Origin: Candidatus Aenigmatarchaeota archaeon
GTDB taxonomy: Archaea; Aenigmatarchaeota; Aenigmatarchaeia; QMZP01
DNA length: 64,000 nt
Assembly (NCBI GenBank): GCA_016198585.1
Contig: JACQII010000016.1
Span: 21,078 to 85,077, forward strand
Direction of reading: 5' to 3'
Part shown: piece by piece, positions 47,165 through 56,057 of the stretch
Layout of the letters: each line of letters begins with the position of its first letter
How positions within the stretch are numbered: the first letter of the stretch is position 1
Program-made: the position numbers and the translations under genes
The notes under the pieces: generated by a model
Seen by the model: the letters and a program-made list of their open reading frames with translations, nothing else
Told to the model about the DNA's origin: nothing
The model's database searches: none

Positions 47165-47401
47165 ATGCATCGCCTTCGCGTGTTTCTCTCCTCCCTTCGT
47201 GCGTTCTTCTCCCGTGCCCACCGGGGCTTCCGCCTCGCCATCTGCACGTCCATGGGCGCGCTGATCCTCACCTGGGCGTGGCTGTTTGACGTCGTCGCCC
47301 GCGAGGACCTGCTCGACTTCGTCCTCGGGCTCGCGTTCTTCCTGACCGTGTCATACATTGCCACGAGCCCGGCCGTCATGCGGCGGACGGGAGGAGAATG
47401 A
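47165..47401 (+). CDS. Small membrane protein
   Basis: AAGGAG SD; two hydrophobic segments. Confidence 0.5.
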   Translation: MHRLRVFLSSLRAFFSRAHRGFRLAICTSMGALILTWAWLFDVVAREDLLDFVLGLAFFLTVSYIATSPAVMRRTGGE

Positions 47402-47402
47402 G

Positions 47403-47720
47403 ATGAACCAGACGCATCTGCTCGAGCTGCTCACGACGGCCGCTGCGTCCGGCTCCGACGCGGAACTTGGGAGCATCCACGCCACGCTCCGGAGCGCGTG
47501 TGGCCACCAGCATCCCGTCGTCGGGAACTTCATGAGCCGCCTTTTCGACAGCGCCACCAAGCACCGGCCGGACCTGCTCCCGACCCTGTTCCCGGCCTTC
47601 GCCCTCCTCTGCGGCGACCGGGACCCCGCGTTCGATTTCGCCGACATCGACTGGACACTCATGCCGCCGGCCTCCGAGAAGCCGCACAAGCCGAGGAGGA
47701 AGGCGAGGAAGGACACGTGA
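47403..47720 (+). CDS. Hypothetical protein
   Basis: GGAGGAG SD; strong GC3 bias; packed operon spacing. Confidence 0.55.
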   Translation: MNQTHLLELLTTAAASGSDAELGSIHATLRSACGHQHPVVGNFMSRLFDSATKHRPDLLPTLFPAFALLCGDRDPAFDFADIDWTLMPPASEKPHKPRRKARKDT

Positions 47721-47722
47721 CC

Positions 47723-47974
47723 ATGAACCGACCCTGGACACTCGAGGGCTATGACACCTTCAGCAGCGAGTGGTACATGCTCCCGGGCGAGTACGCGACC
47801 GAGGAAGCGGCCCGGGCCGCGGCAACGGCGCGCCTCCTGGAGCTGGAGGAGACCCAGCCGACCAGGACCAGCGGCGGCCAGGCCGAGACGGGCATCCAGG
47901 ACCGCGTCTACGTCGTGCGGCCCGACGGCTCCAAGTACCGCTTCACCCTGCCCACCCTCCCCGACAGACCCTGA
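47723..47974 (+). CDS. Small hypothetical protein (YDTFS...SGGQ...GIQDRV)
   Basis: Strong GC3 bias; starts 2 nt after the previous stop. Confidence 0.6.
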   Translation: MNRPWTLEGYDTFSSEWYMLPGEYATEEAARAAATARLLELEETQPTRTSGGQAETGIQDRVYVVRPDGSKYRFTLPTLPDRP

Positions 47975-47991
47975 CAGGAAAGGAGACGACC

Positions 47992-48783
47992 ATGCGCTCG
48001 CACATCCTCGACCCTGGCAAGCCCGTCCGCCTCTCCCGCGGCGACCCGCGCGACACCGACGGCGTGAAGGAAGGTGATGCCCGCGAGGAGCTCGAAGCCC
48101 TGCGCGAGCAGATCATCGCCCTGCAGAACCGCCTCTTCTTCGACGGCCGGCGCGCCCTCTTGCTCGTGCTCCAGGGCATGGACACCAGCGGCAAGGACGG
48201 GACCGTGCGCCGCGTGCTCTCGGGCGTCACGCCCCAGGGCATGCAGGTCCACGCCTTCAAGGTCCCGACCCCCGAGGAGCGGGCTCACGACTTCCTCTGG
48301 CGTGTCCACGCCCGCGTTCCGGGCAAGGGGATGCTGGGCGTCTTCATCAGGTCGCACTACGAGGACGTGCTGGTGCCGCGGGTGAACGGCGACCTCGATG
48401 ACGACCAGGTCGAGGGCCGGTTCGACCAGATCAACGACTTCGAAGCGACCCTCGTCGGGACGGGCACGACGGTCGTCAAGTGCTTCCTCCACATCAGCCG
48501 AGCGGAGCAGGCTGAGCGGCTCCGGGAGCGGCTGCGGGAGAAGCCCTGGAAGTTCAACCCCGGCGACCTGGCCGTCCGCGGCCAGTGGGACGCGTACCTG
48601 GCGGCCTACGAGGCCCTGCTGGCCCGCTGCACGACGCACCATGCGCCGTGGACGGTCGTGCCGGCGGACCGCAAGTGGTTCCGCGACCTCGTCGTCGCCC
48701 GCCTGCTGGTCCAGACCCTGGAGGGGATGGACCTCCGGTTCCCCAAGCCGGCGTTCGACCCGGCTGCCATCGTCATCCGCTGA
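47992..48783 (+). CDS. ppk2: Polyphosphate kinase 2 (class III-like)
   Basis: LQGMDTSGKDGT Walker A, FKVPTPEERAHDFLWR, RSHYEDVL, QAERLRER, VPADRKWFR. Confidence 0.92.
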   Translation: MRSHILDPGKPVRLSRGDPRDTDGVKEGDAREELEALREQIIALQNRLFFDGRRALLLVLQGMDTSGKDGTVRRVLSGVTPQGMQVHAFKVPTPEERAHDFLWRVHARVPGKGMLGVFIRSHYEDVLVPRVNGDLDDDQVEGRFDQINDFEATLVGTGTTVVKCFLHISRAEQAERLRERLREKPWKFNPGDLAVRGQWDAYLAAYEALLARCTTHHAPWTVVPADRKWFRDLVVARLLVQTLEGMDLRFPKPAFDPAAIVIR

Positions 48784-48793
48784 GGAGGAGACC

Positions 48794-49057
48794 ATGAAGG
48801 ACAAGACCCTGACCGACAAGATGGTGGACGTCACCGTCACGGCGCGACGGGGCTGCCTGGAGGAGGTCGTGAGCCGTCTCCGCCAGATCAGCCCTGCCCT
48901 GACCATCACCGACCTGGCTCGCAGCGGACCCGAAGACGACGTCTACTGGACGGTCTCCATCCGCTACCCGGAGGGCCAGTGCATCTCGGTTGCCCTGCGC
49001 TCCGCCCTCGCGGAACTCAGGGCCCGCGGGCTGCTGTATGAGCGTGGCAGGACATAA
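48794..49057 (+). CDS. Small hypothetical protein (possible ACT/ferredoxin-like fold)
   Basis: GAGGAGGAG SD; beta-alpha-beta-beta-alpha pattern by eye only. Confidence 0.5.
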   Translation: MKDKTLTDKMVDVTVTARRGCLEEVVSRLRQISPALTITDLARSGPEDDVYWTVSIRYPEGQCISVALRSALAELRARGLLYERGRT

Positions 49058-49103
49058 GCCAGAAGCGCCCCACGAACCGATCGCGGGGCCAGGGGAGGGA
49101 CCC

Positions 49104-49877
49104 ATGGACATCGACACGGACGAGGCGTGGAAAGAGTACATCAGGACGAGAGACCCGGTGCTCCGCAACCAGCTTGCTGAGCACTACCTGCCCCTGGTGA
49201 GCATCATCGCCGGCAGTCTGGCGCGGACTCTCCCGCGCTCGGTGGATATCGGCGACCTGAACGGCAACGGGACGATCGGCCTGATCGACGCGGTCGAGCA
49301 CTTCGATCCCGACCGGGGCGTGAAGTTCAACACGTACGGGTCACTGCGCATCCGGGGGGCGATGCTTGACGGCCTCAGGAAAGAGGACTGGACTCCGCGC
49401 CTGACCCGCACGCGCCAGAAGCTCCTGAAGGAAGCGGGGCAGGAGTTGTTCGCGTCCCTGCGCCGTCAGCCGACCCACCAGGAACTCGCCGACTTCCTCG
49501 GGATGACCGCGGACGAACTGACGGCACTGCACGCGGAAGCTGAGAGCGCGCAGGTGTTCTCCCTGTTTGACACCTGGACGGCTGGGATGGACGACCAGGA
49601 AGTGGAACGCAAGGACTTCATCCCCGACCCGGGAGAAGGCCCGGAGCAGCAGCTCTTGGACCGGGAGGCGGTGGAGGAGATCCGGAAGCGGATCGGGAAG
49701 GCGTTCCCCCGGACGGACCGCGTGATCACCGATCTGTACTTCTTCGAGGGGTACACGATGCGCCGGATCGCGGACCTCCTGGGGCTGACGGAGTCGAGGG
49801 TATGCCAGCGCCTCAGCGCGGTGGCGACGAGGCTGGAGGAAATCTTCCTGTCCCTGAAGGAGAAGGAGGCCAGATGA
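49104..49877 (+). CDS. FliA/WhiG-family RNA polymerase sigma factor
   Basis: RNQLAEHYLPLV, DLNGNGTIGLIDAVEHFDPDRGVKFNTYGSLRIRGAMLDGLRKEDW (region 2), PTHQELA (region 3), YTMRRIADLLGLTESRVCQ (region 4). Confidence 0.92.
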   Translation: MDIDTDEAWKEYIRTRDPVLRNQLAEHYLPLVSIIAGSLARTLPRSVDIGDLNGNGTIGLIDAVEHFDPDRGVKFNTYGSLRIRGAMLDGLRKEDWTPRLTRTRQKLLKEAGQELFASLRRQPTHQELADFLGMTADELTALHAEAESAQVFSLFDTWTAGMDDQEVERKDFIPDPGEGPEQQLLDREAVEEIRKRIGKAFPRTDRVITDLYFFEGYTMRRIADLLGLTESRVCQRLSAVATRLEEIFLSLKEKEAR

Positions 49878-50776
49878 GCGCGACGTCGAACTACCTGGAA
49901 GGCGCCAAGGTCCTGATGGTGCGGCGGAACCGCATCCGGCCGTTCCCCGGCCAACCGCGCACCTTCTTCGACCAGACGTACCTCGAGGCCCTGGCCAAGA
50001 GCATCGCAACGGTCGGGCAGAAGGTGCCCATCATCGTCCGCCGGATCACCGGCGATCCCGGCCACGACTACGAGCTCGTGGACGGGCAGCAGCGCTGGCA
50101 CGCGTGCGGCATGATCGGCAAGGACTCCATGATCGCCATCGTCACGGAGCTGGACGACCCGGAGGACCAGTTCACGTCGTCGATGGTGGCCAACTACAGC
50201 CGTTCGCCGCATACGGTCATGGACACCGCCCACGCCCTCAAGCGCATGCTGGTCAGCGGCCGCACGGAAGCGGACATCGCGGCGGTGCTCGGGAGGTCCC
50301 AGGGATGGGTGTCCAAGCACCTGTGCATCCTGCGCCTCTGCCCCGAGGTGCAGCAGCTGCTGGATCCCACGCGCCCCAAGGACAAGCGGCTGTCCTTCAC
50401 CGTCGCATACCTCCTGTCCGAACTCCCGCCAGAGCGGCAGGTGGAGGCCGCCCGCGTGATCGAGTCCCGGGGCATGCTGTCCCACGAGGCACGGACCCAT
50501 GTCCGGCTTGCGGCAGTGAGGCTGGGCGTCCAGAGGGGGAGAACGCGCACACGGAGCGACGAAGCCCGCAAGCTGATGGAGTTCCTGCAGCGAGTGGAGA
50601 GGGATGCCCGGATCTTCCTGGCGATGCCTCGTCGAACTGTCGCGCAGCTGTTCGCCCACCGCAAGCCGGAGGATGCCGAGAAGATCGGCCGGGCGATGGA
50701 TGAGGCTATCGCCAGGCTCACCGAGCTCCGCGACGTCGTGAAGCGTGACCTCCCCGCCCAGCGCGAGTCCGCGTGA
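49874..50776 (+). CDS. ParB/Spo0J family protein
   Basis: IRPFPGQPRTFFD, LAKSIATVGQKVPIIV, YELVDGQQRWHA, HTH TEADIAAVLGRSQGWVSKHL. Confidence 0.9.
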   Translation: MSATSNYLEGAKVLMVRRNRIRPFPGQPRTFFDQTYLEALAKSIATVGQKVPIIVRRITGDPGHDYELVDGQQRWHACGMIGKDSMIAIVTELDDPEDQFTSSMVANYSRSPHTVMDTAHALKRMLVSGRTEADIAAVLGRSQGWVSKHLCILRLCPEVQQLLDPTRPKDKRLSFTVAYLLSELPPERQVEAARVIESRGMLSHEARTHVRLAAVRLGVQRGRTRTRSDEARKLMEFLQRVERDARIFLAMPRRTVAQLFAHRKPEDAEKIGRAMDEAIARLTELRDVVKRDLPAQRESA

Positions 50777-50837
50777 TCAACAGCAGGTACGAAGTCGTGA
50801 ACAGTCGTGAACAACCCCACCAGACGAGGAAGAACCC

Positions 50838-51206
50838 ATGAGAATCCTGCCGACCATCGTGCTCGGCGTGTGCTTCGCGGCGGTCACCGCCTGCGGAAAG
50901 GAAGAGCTGACGCCCGAGGAGTTCACCGCGCTTGCCAAGGACCACGAGCAGGCCTTGTCCTCGGAAGCGGCCCAGATCGCCTACGATCGTGAGCGCGACC
51001 GGGTGAACGCCCTTCTCGAGGAGGCCCGGGAGGAGGGAGGCGTGGTCGACCTGGAGAACGGCACGGCCATCGTCAGGCACCGGCTGGGTGTGAAGCACGA
51101 CACTCCCGAAGCGGCAACCGCGGCGCTGGAAGAAGCCCGGGACGCCTGGGCCGGAACCCGGAAGGTCACGATCACGAAGAGCACCGTGGTCACGGGGCAC
51201 ACCTGA
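50838..51206 (+). CDS. Predicted lipoprotein
   Basis: MRILPTIVLGVCFAAVTA|C lipobox-type signal. Confidence 0.6.
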   Translation: MRILPTIVLGVCFAAVTACGKEELTPEEFTALAKDHEQALSSEAAQIAYDRERDRVNALLEEAREEGGVVDLENGTAIVRHRLGVKHDTPEAATAALEEARDAWAGTRKVTITKSTVVTGHT

Positions 51207-51296
51207 GCGTCTGTCTCTCGGGGGCCGGTCGGCCTCCTGATCCAGTACGAATTCCCTTCCCCGTCGCCCGGGCTCTGATCCGGAGGAAGAGGCAGC

Positions 51297-52040
51297 ATGA
51301 AGTTCCAGATCGCCGGCGGCTCGATCGCGGGCCGCGACCACCGCCACCCGCTGAATCCCCACAACAACAAGGACGCGTTTGCCTGGCGAACCAGTGAGGG
51401 CGCCACGGCCATCGTCGTCGCCGACGGCTGCAGCAGCGGCAGCCACAACGAGGTCGGCGCCAAGCTCGGGGCGCGCCTGATGGTCGAAGCCCTGCTCCGC
51501 CAGTGGCGGCGTTCCCCGGACTCCGCGGACATCCTGCTCGAGCAGGCCATGCAGGACCTGCTCGCCCAGATCCGGGTCCTGGCCCACGCCATGGGCGGCA
51601 GCTTCAGCGAGACCATCGGCGACTGCTTCCTCTTCACCCTCGGCGGCGCCGTCCTGACGGAGGACCGGTCGCTGGTCTTCTCCGTCGGCGATCCGCTCAT
51701 CATCGTCAACGGCGATGTCGTCCGGTCGGGCGGCTACCCGGGCAACGAACCCCCATACCCGGCCTACGCCCTCCTGGGCGATGAACCGGAGATGAACCGG
51801 CAGGTGGTCAGCGGCGTCGAGTCCGTCCTGATCGGCACGGACGGCGCCGAGGACTTCCGGGCCGCGGAAGGCGCGCATGTGGGCACTGCCCTGATCGGGC
51901 CGATCAGCCAGTTCTGGACGCAGGAACAGTACTTCGCGAACCCGGACAGCGTCCGCCGCACCCTCGCGCTCGCGGCGGCCGCGGCGGGCAGCCCGCTCCA
52001 CGACGACACCACCCTGGTCGTCGCCCGCCGGTGGTCGTAA
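51297..52040 (+). CDS. PP2C-like protein phosphatase (TerY-P triad type)
   Basis: GRDH, NNKDA, VADGCSS, VGD, GTDG, DDTT metal-binding motifs. Confidence 0.88.
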   Translation: MKFQIAGGSIAGRDHRHPLNPHNNKDAFAWRTSEGATAIVVADGCSSGSHNEVGAKLGARLMVEALLRQWRRSPDSADILLEQAMQDLLAQIRVLAHAMGGSFSETIGDCFLFTLGGAVLTEDRSLVFSVGDPLIIVNGDVVRSGGYPGNEPPYPAYALLGDEPEMNRQVVSGVESVLIGTDGAEDFRAAEGAHVGTALIGPISQFWTQEQYFANPDSVRRTLALAAAAAGSPLHDDTTLVVARRWS

Positions 52041-52077
52041 GCACCGGTCCCGGGCGACGACGCGGAGGACAGCGACC

Positions 52078-53934
52078 ATGGACGTGTACATCGGCGGCGT
52101 GAAGCACACGCTGCGCCCCCAGGACTCTGTCGGCAAGGGCGGCGAGGCCGACGTCTACCGCATCAGCGGCAGTCGGGTGGTGAAGGTCTTCAAGGCGCCG
52201 GACCACCCGGACTACGCCAACGAGCCCGGGGAGCAGGCCGCAGCCCGACAGCGCCTCGCCGAGCATCAGGACAAGCTGCCGGCGTTCCCGCGCGGCCTCC
52301 CCGCCCGCGTGATCGCCCCGGAAGAACTCGCCACCTCGCGCGACCACCGCATCGTGGGCTACGCCATGCCCTTCGTGGACGGGGCGGAAGTCCTCTCGAT
52401 GCTGAGCGAGCGGTCGTACCGGGCGGCCGGCTTTCCCACCAGCAGGGTGCTGGAGGTCTTCACCGACCTCCACGGGTCCGTCGCCGGCCTGCACCAGAAA
52501 GGCGTGGTGATCGGGGACTGCAACGACCTGAACGTGCTGGTCAAGGGGAGCCAGGCCTTCCTGATCGACGCGGACAGCTTCCAGTTCGGCCGCTTCCTCT
52601 GCCGCCTGTTCACCGCCCGGTTCGTCGACCCGCTCCTGTGCGATCCGAGGGCCCACGCCCCGATGCTCATCAAGCCGCACACCGAGCTGTCGGACTGGTA
52701 TGCCTTCACCGTCATGGTGATGCAGTCGCTGCTGTTCGTCGACCCCTACGGCGGGGTCTACCGCCCGAGGAAGGGCAAGCCGGTCCCGCACGGGCAGCGG
52801 CCGCTGCTGCGCATCACGGTCTTCCACCCGGAGGTCAGGTATCCGAAGCCCGCTGTCCACTATCGCGTCCTCCCGGACGACCTGCTGCACCTCTTCCACC
52901 AGACCTTCGAGAAGGACCAGCGGCAGCCGTTCCCGGTCGGTCTCCTCCAGCACATGCGCTGGACGGCCTGCGCGCAGTGCGGCCTTGAGCACGCCCGTTC
53001 CAGCTGCCCGCAGTGCGGGGTCACCCCGCCCGCGGCGGTCGTGAAGGAGGTGATCCGCGGCACCGTGAAATCCCGACGCATCTTCACCACCGAGGGCCTC
53101 ATCCTCTTCGCGGCCCACCAGGGCGGGAAGCTCCGCTGGCTGGTCCACGAGAAAGGTGCAATCCGTCGGGAGGACGGCGCCCCTGCCGTGCAGGGCGACC
53201 CCACGCCGCAGATGCGCTTCCGCATCCGCGGCGACGCGACCCTCATCGGTGCTGGCGACCGGCTCCTGACCCTCCTGCCGGGCCAGCCGGCGTCCACCGT
53301 CATCGTCGACCAGTACGGGCAACTCCCGGTGTTCGACGCCAACGAGCAGCGGACGTTCTGGCTCCGGGACGGCAACCTGCTCCGCGAGGGCAGGTTCGGC
53401 CCCGAGACTGTCGGGACCGTGCTCGCGCGCCAGACCCTGTTCTGGGCCGGCCCATCCTTCGGGTTCGGCTTCTACCGTGCGGGCCAGCTCTGCGTCGGCT
53501 TCGTGTTCGATGCCGACGCCCGCGGGATCAACGACTCCGTGCAGCTGCCGCCCATCCGGGGCCAGCTGGTGGATTCGACCTGCGTGTTCGGGAAGGATTG
53601 CTGCTGGTTCCTGGTCTCCACTCGCCACCAGGGCCGGACCGTCAACCAGTGCGTGCAGATCAGCCGCCGGGGCGCTGTCCTGGCGACCGCCGAAGCCGAG
53701 GCCGGCGACGGCTCGTGGCTGGGCAGCCTGCGCGGCAAGTGCGGTGGCACGCCCCTGTTTTCGGCGACCGACGACGGGATCGTCCGGATCGAGGCCGCCG
53801 GAACAGCGTTGCAGGTGGTCCGGGAGTTCCCGGACACGGAGCCGTTCGTGGATGCCGGCTCCCACCTCTTCCCCGCCAAGGAAGGCATCTACGTCGTCGG
53901 CCGGCAGGAGATCCACCTGCTGACCATCGGGTAG
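52078..53934 (+). CDS. Ser/Thr kinase-like protein (TerY-P type) with zinc ribbon and beta-rich C-terminal domain
   Basis: GKGGEADVY, VVKVF, IGDCNDLNVLV catalytic loop, IDADSFQ; CAQC...CPQC. Confidence 0.85.
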   Translation: MDVYIGGVKHTLRPQDSVGKGGEADVYRISGSRVVKVFKAPDHPDYANEPGEQAAARQRLAEHQDKLPAFPRGLPARVIAPEELATSRDHRIVGYAMPFVDGAEVLSMLSERSYRAAGFPTSRVLEVFTDLHGSVAGLHQKGVVIGDCNDLNVLVKGSQAFLIDADSFQFGRFLCRLFTARFVDPLLCDPRAHAPMLIKPHTELSDWYAFTVMVMQSLLFVDPYGGVYRPRKGKPVPHGQRPLLRITVFHPEVRYPKPAVHYRVLPDDLLHLFHQTFEKDQRQPFPVGLLQHMRWTACAQCGLEHARSSCPQCGVTPPAAVVKEVIRGTVKSRRIFTTEGLILFAAHQGGKLRWLVHEKGAIRREDGAPAVQGDPTPQMRFRIRGDATLIGAGDRLLTLLPGQPASTVIVDQYGQLPVFDANEQRTFWLRDGNLLREGRFGPETVGTVLARQTLFWAGPSFGFGFYRAGQLCVGFVFDADARGINDSVQLPPIRGQLVDSTCVFGKDCCWFLVSTRHQGRTVNQCVQISRRGAVLATAEAEAGDGSWLGSLRGKCGGTPLFSATDDGIVRIEAAGTALQVVREFPDTEPFVDAGSHLFPAKEGIYVVGRQEIHLLTIG

Positions 53935-54028
53935 AAGGGAAGGTACACAAGAGCACACGGTCAGGTTTCGCTTCTGTTCTCGTTCTGTTCCCTGTTTTCC
54001 TCTCCTCTTTTCGAGGTCATCACCAGTC

Positions 54029-55120
54029 ATGAAGACGTTGCCCGTTCCCCCCTTCTTCAAGCCGGCCCACGCCGCGGAGTGGGGTTTCAGCCCCAACCAG
54101 CAGCAGCTGGCCGACGAGGCTGCGAAGTGGCGGAAGCAGCACGGCATCAGGCCGTCCGGCTCCGACCGCTTCAAGGCTCACCTGCTCATCATCGACGCCC
54201 AGCGCGACTTCTGCTTCCCCCAGGGGACCCTCTACGTGGGCGGCAGGAGCGGCCAGGGAGCGATCGAGGACAACGTCCGGACGGCCCAGTTCATCTACCG
54301 GAACCTGGGCCTGATCACGGACATCTCCACCACGTTCGACACCCACTTCGCCTTCCAGATCTTCTTCCCGTGGTTCTGGCAGGACCAGCAGGGCAACCCG
54401 CTGCAGGCCCACACCATGATCAAGCTGGGCGGCAAGGACGGCAGCCGGCTCGACAACGTCGGCCTGGACGGGAAGCTCCTGCACGAGGGCGTCCAGCCCA
54501 ACCCGGCCATGGCCCGGTGGCTCTGCAACGGCAACGTGGCCTGGCTCCAGAAGCAGGCGCACTTCTACTGCCAGCAGCTCGACGCGGGCGGCAAGTACGT
54601 CCTCTACCTCTGGCCGCCCCACTGCCTCCTGGGCAGCGACGGCCACGCCCTGGCCGGCGTGATCCACGAGGCGCGGTTCTTCCACAGCCTCTGCCGGTTC
54701 TCGCAGTCCACGGGCGAGGTCAAGGGCGGCCACCCGTTGACGGAGAACTACTCCGTCCTCGCTCCCGAGGTCCTGATGCGGTGGGACGGCAGGCCGCTCG
54801 CGCAGCGGAACACCGCGTTCCTGGAGACGCTGATGGCGGCGGACGCCGTCCTCGTCGCCGGCCAGGCGGCCAGCCACTGCGTCAAGTCCTCCATCGCCGA
54901 CCTTCTGGACCAGCTCGTGGCGAAGGACCCCGAGCTGGCGAAGAAGGTCTTCATCCTCCGGGACTGCATGTCCGCGGTGGCGGTTCCGGACGGTGCCGGC
55001 GGCTTCGCGGCGGACTTCACGCCGCAGGCCGAGGAAGCCCTGGAGAAGTTCGCCGCCGCCGGCATGAACGTGATCCGCTCCACCGACCCGGTGGACAGCT
55101 GGCTCACGGTCCCGGCCTGA
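54029..55120 (+). CDS. Nicotinamidase-like cysteine hydrolase (long form)
   Basis: IIDAQRDF (Asp), FDTH and WPPHC (metal), VKG (Lys), AGQAASHCV (Cys). Confidence 0.85.
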   Translation: MKTLPVPPFFKPAHAAEWGFSPNQQQLADEAAKWRKQHGIRPSGSDRFKAHLLIIDAQRDFCFPQGTLYVGGRSGQGAIEDNVRTAQFIYRNLGLITDISTTFDTHFAFQIFFPWFWQDQQGNPLQAHTMIKLGGKDGSRLDNVGLDGKLLHEGVQPNPAMARWLCNGNVAWLQKQAHFYCQQLDAGGKYVLYLWPPHCLLGSDGHALAGVIHEARFFHSLCRFSQSTGEVKGGHPLTENYSVLAPEVLMRWDGRPLAQRNTAFLETLMAADAVLVAGQAASHCVKSSIADLLDQLVAKDPELAKKVFILRDCMSAVAVPDGAGGFAADFTPQAEEALEKFAAAGMNVIRSTDPVDSWLTVPA

Positions 55121-55157
55121 CCCTGTCCCTTTGTTCCCTGTTCCACGGAGACCAACC

Positions 55158-55961
55158 ATGACCAGTTCCAGCGCCGCTCCCAACGTGGGAGCTCTCCTCA
55201 CCGGGGCGGGCCTGTCGGCCCAGGCCGCCCAGGTCCTCACCATCCCTGACCTGGGTGCCCGGATCCAGGCCGGGATGGGAATCAAGGTGGACAACGTCCC
55301 GGCCAGCGAGGTGACCCTCGTGACGATGCTGGTCGACGACTCGGGGTCGATCAGCGCCGCGGGCAACACCAGGGTGGTGCGCGACGGCCACAACATGGTG
55401 CTCGATGCCCTCGGCAAGGCCAAGAGGCGGGACGGCATCCTGGCCCATACCCTGTACCTGAACGGCACGGTGCTGTTCCCGTACGCCCCGCTGGACCAGG
55501 CGGTGCGGATGGACGACAGCAACTACGACCCGAACCTGGGCACGCCGCTCTACGACCAGGCGGTGGTGCTCCTCGGGACCGTGCTGGCGAAGGCCCAGCA
55601 GTTCGAGGACGCGGGCGTGCCCGTCCGGACGGTGACCCTGATCGTCACCGACGGCCAGGACGAGCACTCGTCCGCGGCCCACGGCGGACGTGGCACCACC
55701 GCGGCGGACGTGGCCAAGGTGGCGAGGGACATGCTCCGCAAGGAGACCCACATCATCGCCGCCATGGGCATCGACAACGGGGCCACGGACTTCCGGCGGG
55801 TGTTCGCGGAGATGGGGATCCAGGACAAGTGGATCCTCACCCCCGGCAACACGCAGCAGGAGATCCGCCGGGCCTTCCTGCTGTTCTCGCAGTCCGCGGT
55901 CCGCGCCAGCCAGGGCGCGGCCCCGTTCTCGCAGTCGGCGATGGGCGGCTTCGGCAAGTGA
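55158..55961 (+). CDS. vWA-domain protein (TerY-like)
   Basis: Complete MIDAS: DDSGS, GTPLYD, VTDG. Confidence 0.85.
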   Translation: MTSSSAAPNVGALLTGAGLSAQAAQVLTIPDLGARIQAGMGIKVDNVPASEVTLVTMLVDDSGSISAAGNTRVVRDGHNMVLDALGKAKRRDGILAHTLYLNGTVLFPYAPLDQAVRMDDSNYDPNLGTPLYDQAVVLLGTVLAKAQQFEDAGVPVRTVTLIVTDGQDEHSSAAHGGRGTTAADVAKVARDMLRKETHIIAAMGIDNGATDFRRVFAEMGIQDKWILTPGNTQQEIRRAFLLFSQSAVRASQGAAPFSQSAMGGFGK

Positions 55962-56057
55962 CCGCCTGAGCGCGCGCTCGTGAGCGAATGGCGGGGGGAG
56001 GGTCCTGCATCGGGCGGGCCCTCTCCCCGTCACCTTTCCTCTGGAAGGAGGGATACC

